Of a stretch of DNA of 54,743 nt, positions 18,436 to 27,760 are shown one piece after another. The translations under genes and the position numbers were made by a program. Positions within the stretch are counted from its first letter, which is position 1, and each line of letters opens with the position of its first letter. Source of the DNA: an uncultured Clostridia bacterium (GTDB lineage: Bacteria; Bacillota; Desulfitisporia; Desulfitisporales; JAWSUQ01); assembly GCA_964454195.1 (NCBI GenBank), contig CAYVRD010000001.1, positions 1 through 54,743 on the forward strand. Reading direction: 5' to 3'. Below the pieces are notes generated by a model. The model saw only the letters and a list, made by a program, of their open reading frames with translations, had not been told where the DNA came from and ran no database searches.

Positions 18436-18451
18436 AGTGATATTAATCACA
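18436..18451. promoter_or_regulatory. CRP/FNR-type palindrome aGTGA-N6-TCACa in the hcp / aminopeptidase divergent region
   Basis: GTGATATTAATCAC is read directly, about 120 nt upstream of the hcp start. The regulator identity is unknown. Confidence 0.3.
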
Positions 18452-18528
18452 CACCAAAAAGGAAATGAGAGGAAAAACTCGAAATGTATTACGAAAATAC
18501 AGCTAAAAATTAGGAAGGTGATGGATAA

Positions 18529-19656
18529 GTGGCGGATCAGAGGCTAAATAAACTAGCCCAACTACTAGTACAATATTCGGTTCAGATTAAGCCTGGAGAA
18601 AAAGTATTTATTCAGTGCGAGGACGTGGCTATACCCTATATGGTTGAAGTGGCCAAGGAAGCTATCAAAGCTGGTGGAAAGGTGGAAACGGTTGTCAGTG
18701 TACCTGAAGTAAAAGAGCAGCAATATAGATATGGTAATGAGGAACAGCTCAATGAGCCCAGCAGTATATTCCAATTAATTGTGGATAAAGCCGATGTGTA
18801 TCTAACTGCATGGGGAACAAAAAATACCAGAGCCAACAGCAATGTGGAGGCAGAGAAGCTTCAGAGAAGTATTAGAGCAAATGCTGAAACTCGCAAGGAG
18901 TTTTCTAGAAAAATGGGCACGGGAGAAATCCGCTGGTGTGGAACCCAATACCCCACTCAAGCAGATGCTCAAGAGGCAGGGATGAGCTTAGAGGAGTATC
19001 AAGACTTTGTCTACGGTGCTGGATTATTAGATGCAGAAGATCCAGTGGCCCAGTGGAAAAGCATTAGCCGGGAGCAGGAGCGCTGGATAAAATATTTAGA
19101 TGGAAAAGAGGAGCTGCACATAGTTTCCCAGGGAACAGACCTGAAGGTAAGGGTGGCAGGTCGAAAATGGGTTAACTGTGATGGAACAGCTAATTTTCCC
19201 GACGGAGAGATTTTTACTGCTCCTGTTGAGGATGGAGTAAATGGAAATATTACCTTTTCCTTTCCTGGGATTTATATGGGAAAAGAAATAGAGGGAATCC
19301 ATCTGGAAATTGAGCAGGGTAAGGTGATTAAGGCCACAGCTACAAAGGGAGAGGATTTGCTCCATGCCCTCCTAGAAACAGATGAAGGGGCCCGCTATTT
19401 TGGAGAGGTAGCAATAGGTACTAATTACGGCATCCAAAAGTTCACAAGAAATATGCTTTTTGATGAAAAAATCGGGGGTACTATCCACTTAGCTATTGGA
19501 GACTCCTACCCAGAATCAGGAGGACTTAACAGGTCGGCTATCCATTGGGATATGCTTTGTGATATGCGAACTGGAGGTAAAATCTATGCCGATGGTGAGC
19601 TATTTTATCAAGACGGCAAATTTATTGAAGAAATTCTTAAAAAATATCAGATATAA
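18529..19656 (+). CDS. M29 family aminopeptidase (AmpS/PepS-like)
   Basis: N-terminus LNKLAQLLVQYSVQIKPGEKV and C-terminal blocks GEVAIGTN...HLAIG...HWDM typical of aminopeptidase T/II. GTG start after GGAAGGTGA. Confidence 0.85.
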   Translation: MADQRLNKLAQLLVQYSVQIKPGEKVFIQCEDVAIPYMVEVAKEAIKAGGKVETVVSVPEVKEQQYRYGNEEQLNEPSSIFQLIVDKADVYLTAWGTKNTRANSNVEAEKLQRSIRANAETRKEFSRKMGTGEIRWCGTQYPTQADAQEAGMSLEEYQDFVYGAGLLDAEDPVAQWKSISREQERWIKYLDGKEELHIVSQGTDLKVRVAGRKWVNCDGTANFPDGEIFTAPVEDGVNGNITFSFPGIYMGKEIEGIHLEIEQGKVIKATATKGEDLLHALLETDEGARYFGEVAIGTNYGIQKFTRNMLFDEKIGGTIHLAIGDSYPESGGLNRSAIHWDMLCDMRTGGKIYADGELFYQDGKFIEEILKKYQI

Positions 19657-19682
19657 TACAAACTGAGTGAATTTACATGAAA

Positions 19683-19707
19683 ATGGGACTAGCTTCCCAT
19701 TTTTTTC
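19683..19707 (+). terminator. Intrinsic terminator after the aminopeptidase gene
   Basis: ATGGGA-ctagct-TCCCAT followed by T7. Confidence 0.55.
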
Positions 19708-19720
19708 TTTTCCTATTGCA

Positions 19721-19777
19721 TTTGCATATATGGTGTGATTTAATAAAAAATAAGACGCAAGACACTATATATGGTGG
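19721..19777 (+). promoter_or_regulatory. NrdR boxes (one strong, one half-conserved) upstream of nrdR-nrdD-nrdG
   Basis: 19762-19777 ACACTATATATGGTGG matches the remembered NrdR-box consensus acaCwAtATaTwGtgt at about 14/16 positions. 19721-19736 TTTGCATATATGGTGT shares the right half. The starts are 41 bp apart. Box 1 lies between TTGCAT (19716-19721) and TG-n-TTTAAT (19736-19744). Confidence 0.5.
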
Positions 19778-19793
19778 GAGGGGGGTAGAAGAT

Positions 19794-20246
19794 TTGAGGT
19801 GTCCTGGCTGTAAAAATGATGACACTAGAGTGATTGAGTCCAGGGCTTCTGAAGATGGAAGCGCCATTCGTCGCAGGCGAAAATGTCCCGAGTGTGAAAA
19901 GCGCTTTACCACCTTTGAGCGCATTGAGGAACAAATTGTCACAAAAAAGGATGGGCGCAAGGAAGCCTTTAATCGCCAGAAAATACTAGTAGGAATCTTG
20001 CGGGCTTGTGAGAAAAGACCTATTGAAAATCAGGCTATTGAGGATGCTGTGGACGAAATTGAGGATGAATTGCGATCTCGCTTTGAAAAAGAGGTTCCGG
20101 TGGAAGCGGTTGGTCAACTGGTTATGGACAAGCTAAAGGTTTTAGATCAGGTTGCCTTTGTGCGCTTTGCCTCTGTCTATCGGCAGTTTGAGGATGTAAC
20201 TAACTTTATTGAAATTACTGAATCTATCAAAGGAAATAATGAATAG
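19794..20246 (+). CDS. nrdR: Transcriptional repressor NrdR
   Basis: (M)RCPGCKNDDTRVIESR...CPECEKRFTTFE zinc ribbon plus an ATP-cone. TTG start 19794 after GGGAGGGGGG. The track's 39-codon N-terminal extension crosses a terminator and the NrdR boxes. Confidence 0.85.
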   Translation: MRCPGCKNDDTRVIESRASEDGSAIRRRRKCPECEKRFTTFERIEEQIVTKKDGRKEAFNRQKILVGILRACEKRPIENQAIEDAVDEIEDELRSRFEKEVPVEAVGQLVMDKLKVLDQVAFVRFASVYRQFEDVTNFIEITESIKGNNE

Positions 20247-20264
20247 TATCTAGGGGGAGAATCA

Positions 20265-22805
20265 ATGATTCAAAAGATTAAGAAAAGAGATGGAAGATTT
20301 AATGTTTTTCGCAAGGAAAAGATTGCAGATGCAATCTATAAGGCCTTAGTGAGCTTATCCTTAGAAAAAAGGCATGAGGTTACTAAAGAGGTAGACGAAC
20401 GAGATATGGCCTCTCTTTGGACTGATGAAGTTGTAAATGAGCTACAAAAGAGTGTAGACACTGATGTAGTTGACATAGAGTTTGTGCAGGATACTGTAGA
20501 AAAAGTGTTAATGAGATATTCCCATACCTTAGCTAAAGCATATATGCTTTATCGAGAGGATCGGACCAGGGTGCGGGAGAAAAACACCCGTCTGATGAAG
20601 GCCTACTATGGCATTACCTTTGATGAAGCTGAGAAAAATAACGACAAGCGGGAAAATGCCAATGTAAACGGCAACACAGCTATGGGTACCATGCTCCAAT
20701 ACGGCTCCACTGGTGCAAAGGAGTTTAACATGTCCCATGTTCTCTCTGCTGATCACGCTGCTGCTCATCGAGAGGGAGATATTCATATCCATGACCTGGA
20801 CTTTTTAACGCTGACCTTGACCTGCTGTCAGATAGACCCCCTGAGACTTTTTCCTGGAGGCTTTGGTACAGGACACGGCTTTTTGCGGGAACCCCAGGAT
20901 ATTATGAGCTATACAGCCTTGGCAGCCATTGCCATTCAGGCCAACCAAAACGATCAGCACGGTGGCCAGTCTATCCCCAATTTTGATTATGGCATGGCCC
21001 CCGGTGTCCGTAAAACCTATCTGCGCAACTATCGGGCAAATCTGGCCAAGGGCATGGAACTGCTTTGGATGCTGGACAAGCTAGTGGCGGAAGCTATGAG
21101 CATCTACTGCAGTCAACAGGCGGAGGAAGCTACGGGTCTAAGGGCTACTTTGGCTATGGATCCAGCCTATGTGGCAGAAGAGGGAAAACAGTTTAGCCAG
21201 CTAATTGAAGATTATCCTGCCCGCAAAAAAGATGTAGAGCAGGTGTTAAATAAGCTAATAGCTAAGCTACATGAAAAGAGGGCAGATCAGATCCCCAGCT
21301 TAGCTACAGTAGAGGAACAGTTTCTAGACAGCTTAACTAAGCTAAAGGAATTAGGGGCAAGCCAGCTAGCCACAGATTTTGTTAGACTGCAGCAGGTGGC
21401 AGCAAAGAATGCTCTCGCGGAAACGGAGCGCACAACCTTCCAAGCCATGGAGGCCTTTATACATAACCTAAATACTATGCACTCTAGAGCCGGGGCCCAG
21501 GTACCTTTTAGTAGTATCAATTTTGGTACTGACACCAGCCCAGAGGGCCGATTAGTTACCAAGAGCTTGCTCTTAGCTCAAGAGCAGGGACTAGGAAACG
21601 GAGAAAATCCAATTTTCCCGATTCTCATCTTTAAAGTTAAAAAGGGAGTAAGCTATCTGCCAGAGGATCCCAACTATGATTTGTTTAAGCTTTCTATCAA
21701 GGTTAGTGCTAAAAGACTATTCCCCAACTTTTCCTTCCAGGATGCCAGCTTTAACAAGCCCTTTAGTGATAAGGGAATGGAGTCAGAGGTTGGCTATATG
21801 GGCTGTCGAACTAGAGTTATCGGCAACGTATATGATCCCAGCAAAGAAATTACTGCTGGCAGAGGCAACTTGAGCTTTACCAGCTTAAATCTACCCAGGT
21901 TAGCCCTGGAGGCCAAGGGAGATGTGGACAAATTTTTCCAGCTGCTGGATGAAAAAATAGATTTAATTATTGAGCAAATGCTGGAAAGATTTGAGATTCA
22001 AGCCACTAAACGGGTAAAAAATATGCCCTTTTTAATGGGTCAAGGGATTTGGTTAGACTCAGAAAAGCTGGGTTGGAACGATGAAATAAGGGAAGTAATC
22101 AAGCATGGAACCTTGTCCATGGGCTTTATTGGACTGGCAGAAACATTAATAGCATTGACGGGACAGCATCACGGAGAATCCCAAGAAGCTCAGGAGCTGG
22201 GACTAAAGATTGTGGGTCATATGCGCAAGCGTTTGGACGACAAGGCAGCGGAGGCTAAGCTAAACTTTTCATTGTTAGCTAGTCCAGCAGAAGGCCTCAG
22301 TGGCAGATTTATCCGAATGGATATCAAAAAATATGGAGTAATACCAGGAATCACCGACAAGGAATACTACACCAACTCCTTCCATATTCCTGTGTGGCAT
22401 AGTATCAGTGCTATCGATAAGATAAAGATAGAAGCGCCCTACCATAAGTACACTAATGCAGGCCATATCACCTATATTGAGCTGGACGGCCATGCGGCTA
22501 AGAACCTAGAGGCCTTCGAAGCAGTGATCAGAGCTATGTATGAAAATGATATTGGGTACGGCTCTATCAATCACCCAGTTGATAGAGACCCGGTTTGCGG
22601 CTACACTGGAGTTATAAAGGATGTATGTCCAAATCACAGCTGTCGCAGAGAAGAAGGCAAAGCCTCACCTATTACTGGTGAAGGAGAAGGGGTAACCTTT
22701 GAGCGGATTAGAAGAATTACCGGCTACTTAGTGGGAGATTTGCAAACCCGCTGGAATGATGCCAAGCTGGCAGAAGAGCGAGATAGAATTAAGCATGGCA
22801 TGTAA
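20265..22805 (+). CDS. nrdD: Anaerobic ribonucleoside-triphosphate reductase (class III) with an N-terminal ATP-cone
   Basis: ATP-cone KRDGRFNVFRKEKI. C-terminal Cys4 (CGYTG...CPNHSC). Glycyl-radical motif RIRRITGYLVG. Confidence 0.9.
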   Translation: MIQKIKKRDGRFNVFRKEKIADAIYKALVSLSLEKRHEVTKEVDERDMASLWTDEVVNELQKSVDTDVVDIEFVQDTVEKVLMRYSHTLAKAYMLYREDRTRVREKNTRLMKAYYGITFDEAEKNNDKRENANVNGNTAMGTMLQYGSTGAKEFNMSHVLSADHAAAHREGDIHIHDLDFLTLTLTCCQIDPLRLFPGGFGTGHGFLREPQDIMSYTALAAIAIQANQNDQHGGQSIPNFDYGMAPGVRKTYLRNYRANLAKGMELLWMLDKLVAEAMSIYCSQQAEEATGLRATLAMDPAYVAEEGKQFSQLIEDYPARKKDVEQVLNKLIAKLHEKRADQIPSLATVEEQFLDSLTKLKELGASQLATDFVRLQQVAAKNALAETERTTFQAMEAFIHNLNTMHSRAGAQVPFSSINFGTDTSPEGRLVTKSLLLAQEQGLGNGENPIFPILIFKVKKGVSYLPEDPNYDLFKLSIKVSAKRLFPNFSFQDASFNKPFSDKGMESEVGYMGCRTRVIGNVYDPSKEITAGRGNLSFTSLNLPRLALEAKGDVDKFFQLLDEKIDLIIEQMLERFEIQATKRVKNMPFLMGQGIWLDSEKLGWNDEIREVIKHGTLSMGFIGLAETLIALTGQHHGESQEAQELGLKIVGHMRKRLDDKAAEAKLNFSLLASPAEGLSGRFIRMDIKKYGVIPGITDKEYYTNSFHIPVWHSISAIDKIKIEAPYHKYTNAGHITYIELDGHAAKNLEAFEAVIRAMYENDIGYGSINHPVDRDPVCGYTGVIKDVCPNHSCRREEGKASPITGEGEGVTFERIRRITGYLVGDLQTRWNDAKLAEERDRIKHGM

Positions 22806-22841
22806 CAGCAAAAATAGTAACAAGATATAGGAGGGAGAGCG

Positions 22842-23363
22842 ATGAAGATAAGACTAGCTGCTCCTTGCACTCAGGATAGCATTGTTGATGGGGATGGGCT
22901 GCGCATGGTGGTATGGACCCAGGGCTGTCCCCATGGCTGCAAAGGGTGCCACAATCCCCAGACCCACAGCTTTACTGGTGGATTTACCATGGAAATTGCA
23001 GAGATTATGGCCCAGTTTGACGCCAATCCTCTTTTAGCCGGCATTACCTTGTCCGGTGGCGATCCCTTTATCCAAGCAGACCAGTGTATTCAACTGGCCA
23101 AGGAGGTTAAGCTGCGAGGTAAAAATGTTTGGATCTACACAGGGTATACCCTAGAGGAGATAATGGCCAGCGGTAGGGAGAGCTGGCTGGAGCTGCTAAT
23201 GAATGCGGATGTGCTGGTGGATGGTCCTTACATAGAGGAGCTGCGCAATTTAGAGCTGACCTTTCGCGGCTCAGAAAACCAGCGCATCATTTATGTGCAG
23301 GAGCTATTTGCTGGCAAGGCAGATGGGGCCTGGTCCCAATTGCCACGAGTCATGGCAGGCTAA
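22842..23363 (+). CDS. nrdG: Anaerobic RNR activating protein (radical SAM)
   Basis: CPHGCKGCHNP cluster motif and GGDPF. It lies directly downstream of nrdD. Confidence 0.9.
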   Translation: MKIRLAAPCTQDSIVDGDGLRMVVWTQGCPHGCKGCHNPQTHSFTGGFTMEIAEIMAQFDANPLLAGITLSGGDPFIQADQCIQLAKEVKLRGKNVWIYTGYTLEEIMASGRESWLELLMNADVLVDGPYIEELRNLELTFRGSENQRIIYVQELFAGKADGAWSQLPRVMAG

Positions 23364-23387
23364 TTATATGTACATAATTAAAAACAC

Positions 23388-23428
23388 AAATCCCCCAGAG
23401 GCATATTATTATAATCTGGGGGATTTTT
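23388..23428 (+). terminator. Intrinsic terminator after nrdG
   Basis: AAATCCCCCAGA / TCTGGGGGATTT stem followed by T5. Confidence 0.75.
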
Positions 23429-23530
23429 CCTTGTTAGGTTTTACAGCAACCCAAGTTCATGCTATATTAAATAGTATTGAAGGAAAATGGTATTCTAGTT
23501 AAACAACAAGAGAGGAAAGAAAAAACAAAT

Positions 23531-25129
23531 ATGCAAAACAATTTAAAGGATTTAGAAACAATAGTGAAAACTAGGCGAACCTTTGCCATCATTTCCCACC
23601 CTGACGCGGGCAAAACAACCATGACAGAAAAGCTACTGCTCTTTGGAGGCGCTATTCGGCTGGCAGGTACTGTTAAGGGGCGGAAGGCAAAGAAGTATGC
23701 TACCTCCGACTGGATGGAGATAGAAAAGCAGCGGGGGATTTCTGTAACCTCTAGCGTGATGCAATTCTCATACCAAAACCATGAAATAAATATTTTGGAT
23801 ACTCCAGGGCATCAGGATTTCAGCGAGGACACCTATAGAACCTTAACTGCTGCAGATAGTGCCCTAATGCTAATAGATGGAGCAAAGGGAGTAGAGGCCC
23901 AGACTATTAAGCTCTTTCAAGTATGTAAAATGCAGGGCATCCCCGTCTTTACTTTTATCAACAAAATGGACAGATTTGGCAAGGAACCCCTAGCCCTGTT
24001 GGAGGAGATAGAGCGGGTTTTAGGCATGCGCTCCTGTCCCATGAACTGGCCCATAGGTATGGGACAAGACTTTTTTGGCATCTACGACCGCATTAATCAT
24101 TGTTTAGAGCATTATAAAGGGGAAGACGTAAGAGAAGTGATTCCCTTAAATGATCTGACCATCACAGATCCTAAGGTCAAGGAGCTGTTAGGAGAAGAGC
24201 GATTCAGACAGCTGACCGAGGACATTGAGCTACTAGATATAGCTGGTGACCCCTTTGACCTGGAAAAGATAAATCAGGGCAAGCTAACCCCTGTTTTCTT
24301 TGGCAGTGCCCTAGCAAACTTTGGAGTACAAGCCTTTCTAGACCAGTTTATTGAGCTGGCTCCTTCGCCGAGCGGGAGAGTTAGTGACCAGGGCCTAATC
24401 GACCCTATATCAAACAATTTTGCAGGCTTTATATTTAAAATCCAGGCCAACATGAACCCAGCCCATCGAGATAGAATCGCTTTTTTGCGCATCTGCTCAG
24501 GCCGCTTCGAGAGGAACATGACAGTAAACCACGTGCGGGCAGGAAAAAAGATCAAGCTGGCTCAGCCCCAGCAATTTTTAGCTCAAGACAGGCAGATTAT
24601 TGACGAAGCCTATCCGGGAGATATCATAGGCTTGTTTGATCCGGGAATATTTCGCATTGGGGATACCTTGACAGAGGAGGGCAGCTTTAACTTTGCTCCC
24701 CTGCCCCAGTTCTCACCGGAGCATTTTGCCAAGGTATCTACTAAGGATGCTATGAAGCATAAGCAGTTTCACAAAGGACTGTATCAGCTGGCGGAAGAGG
24801 GTGCGGTGCAGATTTACAAGAGCTTTATGCATGGACTAGAGGATATCATCATCGGAGCGGTGGGAGAGCTGCAGTTTGAGGTGTTTCAGCATAGGCTAAA
24901 GAATGAATACGGCGTAGAGCTGCAGATGCACCGTCTGCCCCATTCAGTGGCCAGGTGGTTGAAGTCCCAGGAGAAAATTGATCCCACTAAGCTGCGCAGC
25001 TACAACTGCCTCTATGTTAAGGATCAGGATGAAAATATCGTTGCCCTATTTGAAAATGAGTTTGCCATGGAGTGGATGCAGGATAAAAACCCCAGCATCG
25101 ATTTTCAGCCTGTAAATAAAATAGGTTAA
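23531..25129 (+). CDS. prfC: Peptide chain release factor 3
   Basis: RRTFAIISHPDAGKTT, DTPGHQDF and NKMD GTPase motifs. The sequence is RF3-like throughout. I take the start at ATG 23531 (MQNNLKDLE), not the track's 23477. Confidence 0.9.
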   Translation: MQNNLKDLETIVKTRRTFAIISHPDAGKTTMTEKLLLFGGAIRLAGTVKGRKAKKYATSDWMEIEKQRGISVTSSVMQFSYQNHEINILDTPGHQDFSEDTYRTLTAADSALMLIDGAKGVEAQTIKLFQVCKMQGIPVFTFINKMDRFGKEPLALLEEIERVLGMRSCPMNWPIGMGQDFFGIYDRINHCLEHYKGEDVREVIPLNDLTITDPKVKELLGEERFRQLTEDIELLDIAGDPFDLEKINQGKLTPVFFGSALANFGVQAFLDQFIELAPSPSGRVSDQGLIDPISNNFAGFIFKIQANMNPAHRDRIAFLRICSGRFERNMTVNHVRAGKKIKLAQPQQFLAQDRQIIDEAYPGDIIGLFDPGIFRIGDTLTEEGSFNFAPLPQFSPEHFAKVSTKDAMKHKQFHKGLYQLAEEGAVQIYKSFMHGLEDIIIGAVGELQFEVFQHRLKNEYGVELQMHRLPHSVARWLKSQEKIDPTKLRSYNCLYVKDQDENIVALFENEFAMEWMQDKNPSIDFQPVNKIG

Positions 25130-25134
25130 AGAAG

Positions 25135-25165
25135 AAGGCCTTTGCCAAACATGGCAAAGGCCTTT
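25135..25165. terminator. Bidirectional intrinsic terminator
   Basis: A 13-bp stem AAGGCCTTTGCCA / TGGCAAAGGCCTT with a 4-nt loop. Confidence 0.8.
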
Positions 25166-25185
25166 ATAGTGGATAAAAAGTGTTT

Positions 25186-25440
25186 TTAATGCTTGCCCAT
25201 ATCCTTGAAATTTTTGCTAGGAGATGCTCCTAAGGTTCCATGACATTTTCTATATTTCTCTTGCAGCTCTTCAATTGAAAGCTCTGGATGCATTTCCTGC
25301 ATTTTATTTTTCATGTGACCAAAATTAATTATACCGTCTTTTTCACACATACCTTTCTTCATATCCTCTTGGGCAAAGGCATAAGAACCAACGCTTAGTA
25401 CCAGCAAACCCAAAACTACTCCAGATATTATTTTTTTCAT
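25186..25440 (-). CDS. Small secreted Met/His/Lys-rich protein (84 aa)
   Basis: GAGGAGG RBS. Signal peptide MKKIISGVVLGLLVLSVGSYAFA-QE. The mature part has 2 Cys and is rich in Met, His and Lys. Confidence 0.55.
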   Translation of the reverse strand: MKKIISGVVLGLLVLSVGSYAFAQEDMKKGMCEKDGIINFGHMKNKMQEMHPELSIEELQEKYRKCHGTLGASPSKNFKDMGKH

Positions 25441-25638
25441 TTTATAAAACCTCCTCAGTAAAGTTTTTTTGCAGTTTCAATCAACTGCTCTAGCTATACA
25501 ATACCATTACATAGTAAAGAAGATTTGTACTAATTATAAAGAAATTATGAATTTGATGCTTATTGTAAAAATAGACACAAAATATTCATATTCTCTGGCT
25601 ATAATAAAGATTGACGAGCCAATGGGAAGGGGAAATAC

Positions 25639-26349
25639 ATGACTACTAGCATATGTATTGTAGATGACGAGAGACTGATAATAGAGGTGCTGATTGCATA
25701 TTTTGAGAAAGAAGGCTATGTGGTATACTCAGCCACAAATGGGAGAGAAGGCTTAAAGATTATTCAAGACAAAAAACCCGATTTAATTATCCTTGACCTA
25801 ATGCTACCAGATATCACTGGTGAGGAAATTTGCATGCAGATTAGAAAAAGCTCTGATGTGCCAATAATCATGCTTACTGCTAAGAGTCAGGAGGAGGAGC
25901 GGATAAAAGGAATAATAATTGGAGCAGACGACTATATCACCAAGCCCTTTAGCCCTAAAGAGGTAGTGGTGCGAGCCCAGGCAATTCTGCGTAGAACTCA
26001 GAGAATTGAAGAAAGAGGACAGCTGGTTTTTAATGATAGACAGCTAATATTAAATCTTCCCCAGCATCAGGTGCTGCTAGGAAATGAGGAAATAAGTCTT
26101 ACTCCTATTGAGTTTAAACTACTTTCAGGCATGGCTAGATACCCTGGTCGAGTATATAGTCGCTTTGATTTACTGGAAATGGTGCAGACTGATGCCTTTG
26201 AAGGATATGAGCGGAGCATTGATGTGCATATAAAAAACCTGCGCAAGAAGATAGAGCATGATCCCAAGAAACCCCAGTATATCGTAACAGTATATGGAAT
26301 CGGTTATAAATTTGGAGGAAAACCTTATGTTGCGCACACTTCGCAGTAA
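25639..26349 (+). CDS. OmpR-family response regulator
   Basis: Receiver domain (DLIILDLMLPD...) plus a winged-helix domain (LTPIEFKLL...YIVTVYGIGYKF). Confidence 0.9.
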   Translation: MTTSICIVDDERLIIEVLIAYFEKEGYVVYSATNGREGLKIIQDKKPDLIILDLMLPDITGEEICMQIRKSSDVPIIMLTAKSQEEERIKGIIIGADDYITKPFSPKEVVVRAQAILRRTQRIEERGQLVFNDRQLILNLPQHQVLLGNEEISLTPIEFKLLSGMARYPGRVYSRFDLLEMVQTDAFEGYERSIDVHIKNLRKKIEHDPKKPQYIVTVYGIGYKFGGKPYVAHTSQ

Positions 26350-27694
26350 GCTTTTATTCTATTTTTTAATGGTATCTCTTGCTGGAACTATACTTATTAG
26401 CTCCTTTATCCACTTAGCTCTCCACGATACCTTTAGTGATTATTTATTGTTGAAGAGAGAGGAGCATATTTTGCAGGTGGTGGAACTGGTGGAACGGTCT
26501 ATTGTCAACAACGGACATTCTTCTCCAGATGATTTAGTGGTACTGCTGCATCAGCAGGCTGTGGCTGAAGGGATTTACTATCAGATATTTGACAGTGATG
26601 GTAGTCTGGTATTGGACTCCACTCACATGGCTAGTATGGGAATGGGGATGAGAAATAATCAAAAAACAGTAGAGCTGGAAAACATGAATCTGACCTCTAG
26701 CACCTATCCTTTAAAGGTAGGAACCAAGGAGGTTGGGCTCCTAGTAGCGATCTATCAAAGGGAATATGTAGACTCGGAGATTCATTTTTTAGGTAGCATC
26801 AATCGCTATTTAATAGGTGCAGCCCTTACAATGACTGTAGTAGGGGCGATTTTTAGCTTCACCCTTTCAAAGAGGCTTACCGATGATTTAAATAGGATGA
26901 GAGACACTGCAAGGGAATTGCAGAAGCACAATCTAAATATCCCTATCGATCCTGATAGACAACAAACAGAGGAGCTAAGGGAGCTGGCAGATGCGTTTAA
27001 GGATTTAGCTGAATCCTTACTTCAGCAGGAAAAGTTAAGAAAACAGTTTGCAACAGATGTAGCCCACGAGCTGAGAACACCATTGGCTACGTTGCGTAGC
27101 CAGCTGGAGGCATTTCAGGACGGAGTCTGGGAGCCTACCCATGAGCGTATCAAGCAATGTCATGGGGAGCTTATGCGCTTAGTTAGATTAGTAAACGACT
27201 TAGAAAAATTGTTGGCAGCAGAAAATCCTACTATTGTTCTCAAAAAGGAAAGAATCAACGCTAGAGAGGCTCTTAACTCACTTAGACAATACTTTGCTCC
27301 AGCATTTTTAAATAAGGGTGTGGAGCTAATTGTAGATGAGCCTGCACCTGAATTATCCTTTCTTGCTGATAAAGATAGACTACAGCAAATAATGACTAAC
27401 CTAATAGACAATGCTCTAAAGTATACACCAAGTGGCGGTTTAGTCAAAATAACTGCTTATAGCCAGAAGGAAAAGGTCTATTTAGTAGTCAAAGATAATG
27501 GTATGGGTATTTCTCAAGAGGATTTACCTCATATATTTGAGCGTTTTTATCGAGGCGAAAAATCTAGGGATAGAAAGACCGGAGGTGCTGGAATAGGCCT
27601 TTCAGTAGTCAGTGCCTTGGTACAGGCCCACAAGGGAACTATTGAGGTTGACAGTGAGCTTGGCGAGGGGACAACAGTTACTTTAGGTTTTTAA
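26327..27694 (+). CDS. Sensor histidine kinase (2 TM, HAMP, HisKA, HATPase)
   Basis: H-box FATDVAHELRTPL, N-box DNALKYT, G-boxes DNGMGI and GGAGIGLS. ATG 26327 follows GGAGGAAAACCTT and overlaps the RR gene by 23 nt. Confidence 0.85.
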   Translation: MLRTLRSKLLFYFLMVSLAGTILISSFIHLALHDTFSDYLLLKREEHILQVVELVERSIVNNGHSSPDDLVVLLHQQAVAEGIYYQIFDSDGSLVLDSTHMASMGMGMRNNQKTVELENMNLTSSTYPLKVGTKEVGLLVAIYQREYVDSEIHFLGSINRYLIGAALTMTVVGAIFSFTLSKRLTDDLNRMRDTARELQKHNLNIPIDPDRQQTEELRELADAFKDLAESLLQQEKLRKQFATDVAHELRTPLATLRSQLEAFQDGVWEPTHERIKQCHGELMRLVRLVNDLEKLLAAENPTIVLKKERINAREALNSLRQYFAPAFLNKGVELIVDEPAPELSFLADKDRLQQIMTNLIDNALKYTPSGGLVKITAYSQKEKVYLVVKDNGMGISQEDLPHIFERFYRGEKSRDRKTGGAGIGLSVVSALVQAHKGTIEVDSELGEGTTVTLGF

Positions 27695-27760
27695 GTTTCT
27701 TTGTTATTGCAGGAATGGAAGTGCTGGATATGGAAATACATGTGTATAGAGGTGATAACA

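Noticed and set aside
19677-19793. A 39-codon N-terminal extension of nrdR, plus antisense ORFs 19673..19960 and 19740..19934
   Set aside because: The extension runs through the aminopeptidase terminator and the NrdR boxes. NrdR proteins begin at the MRCPxC zinc ribbon, and TTG 19794 has its own G-rich RBS.
23293-23530. ORF 23293..23502 (+) and the 18-codon extension of prfC from 23477
   Set aside because: They overlap the nrdG end and its terminator hairpin. Neither has an RBS. RF3 homology begins at MQNNLKDLE (23531).
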